A stretch of 64,000 bases of DNA from Myxococcota bacterium (GTDB taxonomy: Bacteria; Myxococcota; XYA12-FULL-58-9; JALHOP01). The translations under genes and the position numbers were made by a program. The notes under the pieces are model-generated. The model had not been told where the DNA came from. It searched no databases and saw only the letters and a list, made by a program, of their open reading frames with translations. Positions 40,283-51,218 of the stretch are shown one piece after another (positions within the stretch are counted from its first letter, which is position 1; every line of letters starts with the position of its first letter). Location: positions 5,706-69,705 of the forward strand of contig JBGGMJ010000136.1 of the NCBI GenBank assembly GCA_041288095.1. The letters are read 5' to 3'.

Positions 40283-41674
40283 CTAGTAACTGATGCGGAT
40301 CGGCCGCAGGCTGGTGGCGTTGCCGTTGAGCTCGCTGCCGAGGGCAAAGCTGATGGCACCGCTACGGCTGCTGACCGCGCGCCAGACGTCGGAAGCATTC
40401 GAGAGAATCGGCGGCGGCGTCGCCTTGCCGGCGAGCTCGAGCTTCTGCCACGACTCACGATAAGAGCGCGTCGTCGTGTGCAGAACGCTGCGGAAGAACG
40501 CCGCGCCGGCGCCGCCCGAGGGTGAGCGCAGGATCGGCTCGACCTTGCGACCGTTGAGGGTATTCGAGCGGCCGAAGTAGACGTCGGCGAGCTGCTCGGC
40601 CGAGACCGACGACAGACCAACCGACGCGTTCGCGATAGCGTACAGGGCGCCCGGCTCGAGATCCTGGCGCGGCCGCTCGCTGGTATCGCCGGTGTTGCCG
40701 CGCTGGTCCGCGGGCTTGTCGTTCTCCTTGGGTGTCGTCAGACCCGCCGACGCCGGCTCCTTGGCGCTGGCCTGCGAGGACTGCGCGCTCGCCATCGTGG
40801 CCGGAGGGTCCTGACGCGACGGAGTCAGCAACGCCACTTGCGCCGAGACGTCGGGGTCGAGCGACTGCACGCTACTCGAAACCACGTTGAGGCGGCGGCT
40901 GAAGACGACAGTGCTGTTATGGAGCAGCGCGATCTCGTGCGAGCCCGGCTCGGCCGTGAGGCGCAGCGGCGTCTGGTCCATGACCTTGCCGTCGAGCTGG
41001 ACGGTCAAGCCCGAAGGCGTCGAGCTGACGATGATGGTGCCCGGCGAAGCGGTCGTCGAAGTCTCGACGTCGGCCGGCTCGGGCTTGCTGGTGGTGCGCG
41101 CCGAAGCTTGGGCGACGCGACGCGCCTTTTCGCGCTCACGCTCGCGCGCCGCGGCTTCACGCTCGCGCTCGCGGCGCTTGGCGGCGGACTTCGCGTCCTC
41201 GCGCGTGTTGCTGGCGACGGTGGGCTTGTCTTCCGGCTTGTCCTCTTCGGGCTTGGCTTCCTCGGCCTTCGCTTCGTCAGCCTTGTCCGCTGGAGCGGCC
41301 GCGGCCATGTCGGTCGTCGTCACCGTGCCCTTGGCCGGCGACGTGCTCGAGCGGTCGCGTAGCTCCATCGCGATCTTCATGAGCTGCGGCAGATCGGCGC
41401 TCGCCTTGCTCGACTTGGCGGCTTCGGTAAAGCGCTTGACCGCTTCTTCGTAGCGTCCGCTTTCGAGCGCAGCGAGACCAGCGGCGCGCAGCGCGCGGCT
41501 CACGTCACCGGTTGGCTCCCCTTCGCGCGCCGGCGTGTCCGACCCACCGGCGCTCTCTTGGGCCTTGTGGCGTGTGAGCACGTAAACCGCGGCGCCCGCT
41601 ACGTTGATCGCCACCACCACCGCGACCACGTTGAGAGCGAGAGATGGCTTTCGCCGGCTTACTGAACCCTTCAT
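40283..41674 (-). CDS. Bitopic protein with TPR-like helix, charged linker, PEGA domain and C-terminal periplasmic-binding-protein-like domain
   Basis: N-terminal TM; IIVSSTPSGLTVQLDG..TPL..PGSHEI (PEGA); C-terminal IANASV..LADVYFG..W..V....GAISF resembles small PBP2/PstS-like proteins. Confidence 0.72.
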   Translation of the reverse strand: MKGSVSRRKPSLALNVVAVVVAINVAGAAVYVLTRHKAQESAGGSDTPAREGEPTGDVSRALRAAGLAALESGRYEEAVKRFTEAAKSSKASADLPQLMKIAMELRDRSSTSPAKGTVTTTDMAAAAPADKADEAKAEEAKPEEDKPEDKPTVASNTREDAKSAAKRREREREAAAREREREKARRVAQASARTTSKPEPADVETSTTASPGTIIVSSTPSGLTVQLDGKVMDQTPLRLTAEPGSHEIALLHNSTVVFSRRLNVVSSSVQSLDPDVSAQVALLTPSRQDPPATMASAQSSQASAKEPASAGLTTPKENDKPADQRGNTGDTSERPRQDLEPGALYAIANASVGLSSVSAEQLADVYFGRSNTLNGRKVEPILRSPSGGAGAAFFRSVLHTTTRSYRESWQKLELAGKATPPPILSNASDVWRAVSSRSGAISFALGSELNGNATSLRPIRISY

Positions 41675-41781
41675 TGCTGCACCTTGCGCGCGCCGGGCAC
41701 GCGTCCGTCACGCGATCTTTTTCGTTTCGCCCGCACCTCTGCTTGCGGCAGAGCTGAACTGGAATTTCTTCGATTCTAGCC

Positions 41782-42954
<1,173 letters not shown>

Positions 42955-43158
42955 TCCTCCGCTCCTTCACTTTGCGATGGGCGACCGTTGCACCCCCAAG
43001 ACAGGGGCGCGTGGTCGCGGCTGTTTCGCGCTCGCGCACGAACACGCGACGTCCTTACCGATGACGCGTTAGCGACGCTCTTTCTAACACCGTCCAGCCA
43101 GCAATTCGAGGAATCTTCACGTGGCGGCGCGGGGTAAGAGGACCAACCGCGGAGTATA

Positions 43159-43230
<72 letters not shown>

Positions 43231-43473
43231 TCGTACTTCTGCGCGCCGTCTACCCGTTGTCCTGACACGAAGTCAATGCAGACATGATCGGCGCACGCAG
43301 TCGCGACGTCAGATCTCGCGCTGCACGAAATTTCCCTTACAGGACCTCACAAATTCGTGTGTGCGCGTGGCAGCGCGTGCGTGGAACACGGCCACAACTA
43401 TTGCAACAATTGCATGTTTGACTGGGTTTAGATTCGCCAAATTTTTATCTACTGGGTACCGTTCAAGTACCCA

Positions 43474-44496
43474 ATGCAGTCGCAGTATCAGCCCCGGTCA
43501 GGCGTGCATTACCTCCTGCTGTACGCCTTCTTGTTCAGCTTGATGGGCGTGTGCGTGAAGCTCGTCGCGCACCTCCCCAGTCAGCTGATCGTGAGCGCCC
43601 GCATTGTCGTGACGCTGGTGGCGACGGCCTCGCTACTCGGACTGAAGCGCGTGCCCGTGCTCGGGAACAACCGCAAGACGCTGATCTTGCGCGGCATCAC
43701 CGGCACGCTGGCGCTCAACTGCTACTTCTACGCGATGGCGCACATGCCCATCGCCGAGGCCATCCTCATTCAGAACACGACGCCGGTGTTCACGGGCTTG
43801 CTCGCCGCCGTCTTCCTGCGCGAGCGCCGCCACTGGAGTGTCGGGCTCACCACGGTCGCGAGCTTGGTTGGCGTGCTCATCATGACCCGCCCCGAGACCA
43901 TCTTCGGCGCCTCGCAAGCGCGCATGGACCTGTTGCCGGTCGTCTGCGCTCTCGCAGGCGCCATCTTCACGGCATCGTCGTTCGTCATCATCCGTCGTCT
44001 GGGCACCAACGAGCACCCGCTCGTCGTCGTCTTCTATACGCCGCTCGTCGGCGTCTTCCTCACCCTGCCCTTCACGGTGAACGGCTTCGTCATGCCGTCG
44101 GCGCGCGAGTGGATCGTCCTCGGCGTGCTCGGCATCATCACGCAGCTCGGTCAGATGGCGCTCTCCGTCGGCATTCGCCGCGAACCGGTGGCGCGTGTCA
44201 CCAACCTGACGCATGCGCAGCTCGTCTTCGCGACCATCTGGGGTGCTTTGCTCTTCAACGAGTACCCCGACGGCTGGACGCTCATCGGCGCGACCGTCGT
44301 CGTCGGCGCGAGCGTCATCACCGTCCTCGCGGCGCGAGCGGACAACTCGGGCCCCTCCCCAGGCGACTTCGCGACCACGACATCGGAGCGCATGAGCTCG
44401 CTGCAGGCGCTGGTTCCAGAACCCAGCGAAACCGACGAGCCCCGCCCCCGCCACTCGGCGGCCGAGCTCTCCCAAGCGCGCACGCCTACCTCTTGA
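43474..44496 (+). CDS. DMT/EamA-family transporter
   Basis: About 10 TM segments in two repeats; LILRG, AVFLRE, LLFNEYP. Confidence 0.9.
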   Translation: MQSQYQPRSGVHYLLLYAFLFSLMGVCVKLVAHLPSQLIVSARIVVTLVATASLLGLKRVPVLGNNRKTLILRGITGTLALNCYFYAMAHMPIAEAILIQNTTPVFTGLLAAVFLRERRHWSVGLTTVASLVGVLIMTRPETIFGASQARMDLLPVVCALAGAIFTASSFVIIRRLGTNEHPLVVVFYTPLVGVFLTLPFTVNGFVMPSAREWIVLGVLGIITQLGQMALSVGIRREPVARVTNLTHAQLVFATIWGALLFNEYPDGWTLIGATVVVGASVITVLAARADNSGPSPGDFATTTSERMSSLQALVPEPSETDEPRPRHSAAELSQARTPTS

Positions 44497-44732
44497 TCGC
44501 CTCGCGCGGCGCGAGGCTAAAGGTCGAGTTCCGGAAACAAGCCGGAACCCGACGCCTGCTTTGCAGAGCGTCAAACGCGCGCGTTGCGGCCACGCGGCGG
44601 CTCCAGGCCGGGGGTTCACGGGCCGTCACCGCTAATACGAGCCGCGGCTCTCGCGACGCTGTCGCGTTGGGTCTCGCGCGGTGTCGCCCGGCCTTACGCG
44701 ACGCTGCGAGCCGTTCTTGCTCGCGGGGGCGA

Positions 44733-46151
44733 TCAAAAGGTTAGGAGAAAACCGCTCTCGACGCCGTAGGCGCGCTGGTGCGCGTCGCTGACGATTGCGT
44801 CCTCGGGACGGAGCACGTGTAGCGTGTCGTAGGCCATGCCCTCGATCACGTAGGCGAAGTAGCGCGTGGGCCGCAGCTCGTAGCCGAGTCGCACGCAGAC
44901 GTTGTGCTTGATGCCGGGGCCGGTGGTGCCGTTCGTGAGGACCACCGTGTTGGACGCGTCGCGCGTGTAGTTCGGCAGCACATCGTCGCGGTTGACGATG
45001 CTCGCCATGCCCGCGATTGCGTACAGGGCGTGGTGCATCGAAAACCTGCCGCGCACCGACACGAAACCGCCGTACTCATCGAGATCGGCCGCGGGTACCG
45101 CCACGGTGCCGTTGGGATTCAGCTGCGAGCCACGACCGAAGCCCAGCGCCAGCAAGCCAATGTTGGCATTGTTGCGGCCGAGATAACCTTCGACGCGGAC
45201 GTCGAGGCTGTCACTGGGGTTGATCGTGAAGTAGACGGCGCCCGCCATCGCCATGGCGCGCCGCGTGTCGGGGCGATCCTTGTTGAAGATGAGCTGCGTC
45301 GCGATGCCCGAAACGCCGAGCGTCAGATCTTCGTCGACGATGGCGAGCCGCGCCGCGAAGGTCGGGAAGCGTGACAGCTCGAGCGGACCGTCGCGGCCGC
45401 CGGCGTTGTTACCACCCTGAAATCCGATGGCGACGCCCAAGTCGAAGCGCTCCGGGCGGAACACGAGCTTGAGCTGCTGACGGAAGAAGCCGGTGTTTCC
45501 CGCTTGGTACAAACCGCCGACGAAGTTGTAGGTGTGCGTCGACAGCGGCGCGTGCAGGTCGAAGTCCTGCCCGAGCTCGATGGCGAAGGCCTTGCTGGGA
45601 GCCCACGTCACCTTGGCGATGCGCAAGCGAGGAAAGGCGTTGATGATGGGCGTCGGCTTGGTGTTGTCCCAGAAGTCGACCTCGATGACTCCGCGAAAGT
45701 GACCGTTCTCGTTGACCGCGATGCCGAAGCGGCTCTGCACGATCTGCATCGAGAAGCGTCCCTGATCGTGCACGAACGAGGTGACGGGATTGCCCGCCGC
45801 GGAGATGGCGCTCGCGTTGGGCTGCGAGAACGACTCCATGCCGCGGAAGGTGTAGATCGCCGTGGGTTTGATCAGGCCGTAGACGCGCACCGCGGGCAAG
45901 GCGTCGAAGGGCTCTTCCTGCGGCGGCGCGAGCACGAGGTCGGCGGAGCCGCCGGTCGGCTTCGAAATGTCCTGCGACGGGATGATGGCCGCCCCGCCGT
46001 TCGACGGAGAATCATCGACGCGCTTCTTGTCGCCGTCTTGATCGCCCCAGAGCCCTCCTGAGGGAGGAGTCTGCTCGTCTTTTTCACCGGCGGCAGCGCC
46101 GCTCGCGAGAACGGCGCTGCAGAACATCGCGACCGCGATGAGCTTCATCAT
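44733..46151 (-). CDS. Outer-membrane beta-barrel protein (porin-like, possibly DcaP-related)
   Basis: Signal peptide, QSRFG, IEVDF, PRLRIA, alternating beta-strand pattern, terminal Phe. Confidence 0.7.
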   Translation of the reverse strand: MMKLIAVAMFCSAVLASGAAAGEKDEQTPPSGGLWGDQDGDKKRVDDSPSNGGAAIIPSQDISKPTGGSADLVLAPPQEEPFDALPAVRVYGLIKPTAIYTFRGMESFSQPNASAISAAGNPVTSFVHDQGRFSMQIVQSRFGIAVNENGHFRGVIEVDFWDNTKPTPIINAFPRLRIAKVTWAPSKAFAIELGQDFDLHAPLSTHTYNFVGGLYQAGNTGFFRQQLKLVFRPERFDLGVAIGFQGGNNAGGRDGPLELSRFPTFAARLAIVDEDLTLGVSGIATQLIFNKDRPDTRRAMAMAGAVYFTINPSDSLDVRVEGYLGRNNANIGLLALGFGRGSQLNPNGTVAVPAADLDEYGGFVSVRGRFSMHHALYAIAGMASIVNRDDVLPNYTRDASNTVVLTNGTTGPGIKHNVCVRLGYELRPTRYFAYVIEGMAYDTLHVLRPEDAIVSDAHQRAYGVESGFLLTF

Positions 46152-46154
46152 GCG

Positions 46155-47768
46155 CTACTGACCCGGACACTCACCCGAGATGCAGGGGCAGGTGTTGGAG
46201 TTGACGCAATCGAACGTGGCGATGTCTTCGTAACGGCCGCCACGCACCGTGAACAACGCGACGCGGTTCTTGATGTTGCCGAGCGCGTCGTAGTCCACCG
46301 GTCCGGAAGCGCCGGTGTACTCGATGGGTTGTCGCGCCTGGATGGTGCGGATGGCAATGCGAATGTTGTCGATACCCGGGCCGACCGGCGTGATGTCCGC
46401 TCCAGCGGGGCACGACGTCTCCGGACGCGCCACGCACGTGGTTGCCGGCGGGACTGGTGTGCACGTCGGGGCATAGGCACGCGCTGCGTTCACGCTACTG
46501 CAAGGCATCGCGTTGCGAACCTGCACGCCGGTGATCTGATCCGGCGCGGCCGCGTCCTGCATGGCCGTGAACATGCCGAGGAGCATGGTCATCGCGTTGT
46601 CGTAGTAGATGGCATCGCGATAAACCGGAACGAGACCGAACTTCGCCTGGAAGTCCGTCGCGAACTGATCACCCGTCGGCCCGTCCTTGACGACGTGCGA
46701 GACGCCGATCTCGCCTTCCGCGAGCTCACCGAGCACCAGGAGGTTCGAGCTGAAGCGGAAGGTCTGGAAGTGGACGACGCGAATCGAGCTGCCGAGACCC
46801 GGAAGGTTGCGGCCCTTGATGTTGGTGATGAACTGCACGTCGTTACGCCCGAAGGTCGCGACGGCGATGTAGTCGGGCTGCGCCGGCAGGAGGTCCGGCT
46901 CCGGCGGCGGCAGCGCGGTCTGCCCGGTGGGCGGAGGATTCGTGTTGAAGTGCGGGTTGTTGGGATAGTTGCCGTTGGTCGGGGTGAGGTCGACGTTCTG
47001 CGCGTCGAGCATGCCGTCGATGTCGGTGCTGAAATCGATGTCACGCGGATCTTGCGCGTTGTTGTGGAGCTTGCGCTCGAACACCACGCGACTCTGCTGA
47101 TCGCGTGGCACCAGCTTCAGGAGCTCGGTCGCGACCGCGGTGGTCGTTGCCTGCCCGAACGCTTCGTCGGAGCCGTAGGTCTGCACCTTGATGATGCCGT
47201 CGCCGTTGACGTCGCCGCCGTTCGGGGAGGCACGAATGAGCTGCGCCACGACCTGCGCCTGGAGGCCCGTCGACATGATGGTCCGCGACATCCAGAACTG
47301 ACTGTTGCGGCGTGAAGCCTGGAGATCGGCGTCCGTTGGAACGGACGCGGTCGCCGAGAGAAAGCTACCACCGGTGCAGCTGCTGCACTGCATGGGGATC
47401 TGGAGCTCGTCGGTGACCCCCGGCTTGTTGGCTTCCTCGGCGATCTGCGTGGTGTCGATGGTCGCGGCTCTTGCGCCATCACGAACCGTGTCGCGAATAC
47501 GATTGATGGCGCGGCTGTCCGCGCCGCCGACGACGTCGTTCTCGGAGTTCTGGGGACTGAGCTTGAAGTGGAAGCCCGTCTGCCCTTCCGCCGCGAGCGC
47601 GTCGTTGAACTGCCCCAACGCAAGCTCGACGGCCTGCAGCCAGGAAAGCTCCGAGTTGTTGCCGGTCTGATCGATGACCGCGCCGAGGACGACGGGCGTG
47701 CCCGGCTCGCTGTCACTGCTACAACCGATCGCGCTGAGCGCCACCAGCAGGGCGAGAGAATACTTCAT
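46155..47768 (-). CDS. Lipoprotein, type-I periplasmic binding protein (branched-chain amino acid SBP-like)
   Basis: Lipobox SAIGC; LGAVIDQTG..AVELA, D.FG, YYDNA, IEYTGASGPVDYD. Confidence 0.8.
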   Translation of the reverse strand: MKYSLALLVALSAIGCSSDSEPGTPVVLGAVIDQTGNNSELSWLQAVELALGQFNDALAAEGQTGFHFKLSPQNSENDVVGGADSRAINRIRDTVRDGARAATIDTTQIAEEANKPGVTDELQIPMQCSSCTGGSFLSATASVPTDADLQASRRNSQFWMSRTIMSTGLQAQVVAQLIRASPNGGDVNGDGIIKVQTYGSDEAFGQATTTAVATELLKLVPRDQQSRVVFERKLHNNAQDPRDIDFSTDIDGMLDAQNVDLTPTNGNYPNNPHFNTNPPPTGQTALPPPEPDLLPAQPDYIAVATFGRNDVQFITNIKGRNLPGLGSSIRVVHFQTFRFSSNLLVLGELAEGEIGVSHVVKDGPTGDQFATDFQAKFGLVPVYRDAIYYDNAMTMLLGMFTAMQDAAAPDQITGVQVRNAMPCSSVNAARAYAPTCTPVPPATTCVARPETSCPAGADITPVGPGIDNIRIAIRTIQARQPIEYTGASGPVDYDALGNIKNRVALFTVRGGRYEDIATFDCVNSNTCPCISGECPGQ

Positions 47769-47807
47769 GACCCGCGCTCCTCCCGAAAACGACGCTTGGG
47801 CGAAGCG

Positions 47808-50051
47808 TCAGAACGTTTGCGACAACCTGAAGAAGAACTGACGACCTACGCTCGGGATGTCGAAGCCGCCATGCCCCGGGTAGCTGAAGCGCGCGTCGAG
47901 AACGTTCTTCACGCCCGCGAGCAGCCGCGTCTCGGCTTCATCCCCGAACAGGAAAATATCCAAAGACGTAAGTGTAAGGTCGAATGTAGCATAGGCTGGT
48001 AATTCGTACACGCCGCGGTTGTTCAAGAGCACGTTGCTCTGCGAGGCGCCGCGCGGCCCGACGACGCGCGCGGTGGCGTCGATGGCCATGAACGCTTCCG
48101 GCAGTCGCATCGTAAGGCCCGAGTAGATCGTGAAGTTCGGGAACTCGGGCGGCGCCTTGAAGCCGAAATTCTGCGTCCGAATCGTGTCCTCGTAGTTCTG
48201 AGCCTGCGCCGAGCCGGTGAAGTAACCCGAGAAGCGCGGCGAGCTGGCGCGGAAGCCGAGCTCACCACCCGCGATGTCTTGGTTCGCGAGGTTACGCGTC
48301 GTGAAGTTGGTCGTGATCTGCGTGAACTCGACCTTGTCGTAGATGCGCTGGTAGTAGACCGAGCCGTCGATGGCGATGCTGTTCGTTACAGCGTACGTCG
48401 TCGCCAGCTCGGTGCTGAATACCGACTGCGGCTCGACCGGCGGCAAACCCGTGCTGTCGCCGATGGTGCGGTTACCGACCGTGTTGTACGCGGCGCCGAA
48501 GCCCGGCTGCGCGAACAGCTGCACACCGGACGGCGTCTGGAAGGCGCGGCCGACGAAGAGCTTGCTGGTGACGCGCGGGCTGAACTGGTACGCGAGACCG
48601 GCGCGCCAGCTCAGCTGGTCACGGAACAGATTCGGTGCGTCATAGCGGATGTTGCCGAGGAGATAGAGATCGGGGGCGGCGCTGAACGGGTTACCACCGA
48701 TCTGCGCATAGACGCCGGTGTTGCTGATCGTCTGGCGCCGATCGACGCCGACGCCGATGCGGTCGAGGGTGTCACCGATGGCGCTGCCGGGCGGCGGGTC
48801 TTGGCCCGCCACGGGCTCCACGCGTCGAGTGAAGAAGAGGATGTCTTCGCGGTCGTAGCTGTAGTCGGCGCCGACCTTGAGCTCGAGTTGCGCCGGGAGG
48901 CTGGCTTCGAGCGCGCCGCCCACACCCGCCGCAGTGTAGCCGAAGTTACGCGAGTAGCTGAACTGCGGCATGTCGGCGTTCGACATGAGCCGGTCGTTGT
49001 CGGTCGGCGAGCCACCGGAGACGTCGGCGTTGATGGACAACGTCACGTCACGGCCGTAGCCGTAGATGTAGTTGAGGCTCGCCCAGTTGTTGGTGAGGGC
49101 GATGCGGCTGTTGTGCGTCAGGGTCGCGCCGGGCTGGAACTCGGCGACCGAGTCCAGCATCTGCATACCGCCTTGCAGCTTGAAGATGCCGAGGCTGTCG
49201 AAGTTGCCGTTGAAGGCGCCGTAGAGTGACTTCGGCCGCGTCTTGTCGTTCTGACTCTCCGCGCCGCCGAAGAAACCGCGGAAGAGCGCCGAGGTATCGT
49301 CCTGGTTGATGAAGGTCTTGTGCAGGCGCAGGCCGGAGCGGTCGACCGTCTCTTGCGAGTACGCGACCATGATGTTGATCTTGTCGTTGCCGTAGCCGAC
49401 GCGTCCGCTAAAGCCGAGCCCGCTATTGCTGTTCACCGAGCGCATCTGGCCGCCGAGCTCACCGGTCAAGCCGTTGTTGGGCTGGCGCGTGATGATGTTC
49501 ACGGTCGCGAGGAAGGCGTTGGCGCCGTAGAGCGCCGAGAGCGGGCCCTTGGCGATCTCGATGCGCTCGACCATCTCGAACGGGATGTACTCGGAGCCCA
49601 GGAAGGCCGTGAGGTCGGGGCGGAAGTTGACGGCGGTGCCGTTGATCATCACGCGGACGATGCGGGTACCACCACGCAGACCGGGAGACACGCCGCGGAC
49701 GCCGACCGACGGCAGCACCAAGTCGTCGATGACGTACAAGCCGGGTGTGTTTGCCAAGACCTCGGCGAGCGTCGTCCAGCCGTGGCGGTAGATTTCGTCG
49801 CGCTCCCAGGTAACGACGTTCGCTGGTGCGAGCGCTCGAGACTGCTCGCGGCCCGTCGCGGTGATGACCGGCGCGTTGAGCAAGATCTCCGTATCCAGCG
49901 ACGTCGCGCCTTCGATCGGCGTATTGGTCACGTCGGTCGCTGAGGTCTGCGCGCGTACTATCGTCGGCGACCCGACGAGACTCGCGACGACGAGCAGACA
50001 CGTAGGGACTGCGCTGGAAACCCAGCGAGGGAGTCGGCCGTTGTGTATCAC
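47808..50051 (-). CDS. TonB-dependent receptor
   Basis: Plug motifs (LAEVLANTPG, ERIEIAKGPLSALYGANAF..VNIITR), GVKNVLD, terminal Phe. Confidence 0.93.
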   Translation of the reverse strand: MIHNGRLPRWVSSAVPTCLLVVASLVGSPTIVRAQTSATDVTNTPIEGATSLDTEILLNAPVITATGREQSRALAPANVVTWERDEIYRHGWTTLAEVLANTPGLYVIDDLVLPSVGVRGVSPGLRGGTRIVRVMINGTAVNFRPDLTAFLGSEYIPFEMVERIEIAKGPLSALYGANAFLATVNIITRQPNNGLTGELGGQMRSVNSNSGLGFSGRVGYGNDKINIMVAYSQETVDRSGLRLHKTFINQDDTSALFRGFFGGAESQNDKTRPKSLYGAFNGNFDSLGIFKLQGGMQMLDSVAEFQPGATLTHNSRIALTNNWASLNYIYGYGRDVTLSINADVSGGSPTDNDRLMSNADMPQFSYSRNFGYTAAGVGGALEASLPAQLELKVGADYSYDREDILFFTRRVEPVAGQDPPPGSAIGDTLDRIGVGVDRRQTISNTGVYAQIGGNPFSAAPDLYLLGNIRYDAPNLFRDQLSWRAGLAYQFSPRVTSKLFVGRAFQTPSGVQLFAQPGFGAAYNTVGNRTIGDSTGLPPVEPQSVFSTELATTYAVTNSIAIDGSVYYQRIYDKVEFTQITTNFTTRNLANQDIAGGELGFRASSPRFSGYFTGSAQAQNYEDTIRTQNFGFKAPPEFPNFTIYSGLTMRLPEAFMAIDATARVVGPRGASQSNVLLNNRGVYELPAYATFDLTLTSLDIFLFGDEAETRLLAGVKNVLDARFSYPGHGGFDIPSVGRQFFFRLSQTF

Positions 50052-50131
50052 GGTGCCCGTTCTAACAGCCGAGAAGATCTTCGACCAAGATTTTTTGTCG
50101 AAGCGACTTCTCCTCGCGATCCTCGAACAAG

Positions 50132-51217
50132 CTATTGCGACAAGAATCCGTAGGCGCGGACGTCACGCAAACAGCGTGCAAGATCGCGCGGCCCCACGCG
50201 TAGCGCGAGCTTCGTCACCGCTTCGCGCAACACCAGCACGTCGCGTCGCTCGCCTGGTGCCAGAAGTGGGCGATGCCCCACACCCTGCACGAATGACTTG
50301 GCGTCAGGGGCTTTCCCGACGACATGTGTGTCCTCTGAAGCGGATTCCGGCGCGAGGGTCAGAGCGTCGGAGCCTTCGCCGCAGCCGTGCGCGACATCGA
50401 GGATCACCATCGGCCGGTCACCGCTGTCGATCTCCAACACCCCTTCGTCGCCGGGATTGGCGACGAACGAGGTCTCGCGACTATCATCCGTCAAAACGGA
50501 CAGGTCCTCGATGACGGACGGGTCGCCACGTCGCCATGAGACCTTGATGGCGCGCGGCGCCACGAAGCTGCGCGGCCTCTCCTCGACGACGATGCGTACG
50601 CCGTCGTCGGACAAGACGCGCTGGCGCACCGACTTGAGCACCTCGACCTCACCGGACGCGCCGCGCAAGTGGACCGTCTGCGCGCGATCGATGACGTGCA
50701 CCATCCCCGCCTCGTCGACCAACACGCCAGCCGGCACCTCGCCCGGGCTCACGAGCTCGTACCCCGGCTTCTGCAGGTTGACCTGCTCCTGAAAGACCGC
50801 GCCGCAGGGTTGATTCGCCGGCAGCAACGCGAACGACTGCTGCAAGGTGTCGGGATTCTCGGTGCTGGCGACCACGAGCAGGAGCTCCCGGGGACCAGGC
50901 TTCACCCAGCGCATGGTCTCGAGCTCTTCGCCCGCCAAGGTTGGGCCGGTGCACGCATGCGACCACACCCCGCCCTTCTCGGTCGGCGTCTGCAAGAAGA
51001 CCTGCGGTTTCATCGCCGGGCCATCGCGGGTCACCACGACCGCGTCGGCGACTCCGTCACCGTTGAAGTCGTAGTCGAGAAAGCCGAGCGCGTCCTTACG
51101 CACCTTCTTGAAGGCGTCGCTGTCCTTGAACGGCGTCGGCTGGACCTGCACCTTGCCTGCGCAGCTCGCCGCCAAGAGCGCGAGCAGCGCACCGCCAAAA
51201 CGAACGACAGACTTCAC
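50132..51217 (-). CDS. Putative lipoprotein with FG-GAP-like Ca-binding motif
   Basis: GTG at 51217 one base after the fadD stop; lipobox LLAASC; DFNGDGVAD. Confidence 0.7.
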   Translation of the reverse strand: MKSVVRFGGALLALLAASCAGKVQVQPTPFKDSDAFKKVRKDALGFLDYDFNGDGVADAVVVTRDGPAMKPQVFLQTPTEKGGVWSHACTGPTLAGEELETMRWVKPGPRELLLVVASTENPDTLQQSFALLPANQPCGAVFQEQVNLQKPGYELVSPGEVPAGVLVDEAGMVHVIDRAQTVHLRGASGEVEVLKSVRQRVLSDDGVRIVVEERPRSFVAPRAIKVSWRRGDPSVIEDLSVLTDDSRETSFVANPGDEGVLEIDSGDRPMVILDVAHGCGEGSDALTLAPESASEDTHVVGKAPDAKSFVQGVGHRPLLAPGERRDVLVLREAVTKLALRVGPRDLARCLRDVRAYGFLSQ

Positions 51218-51218
51218 G

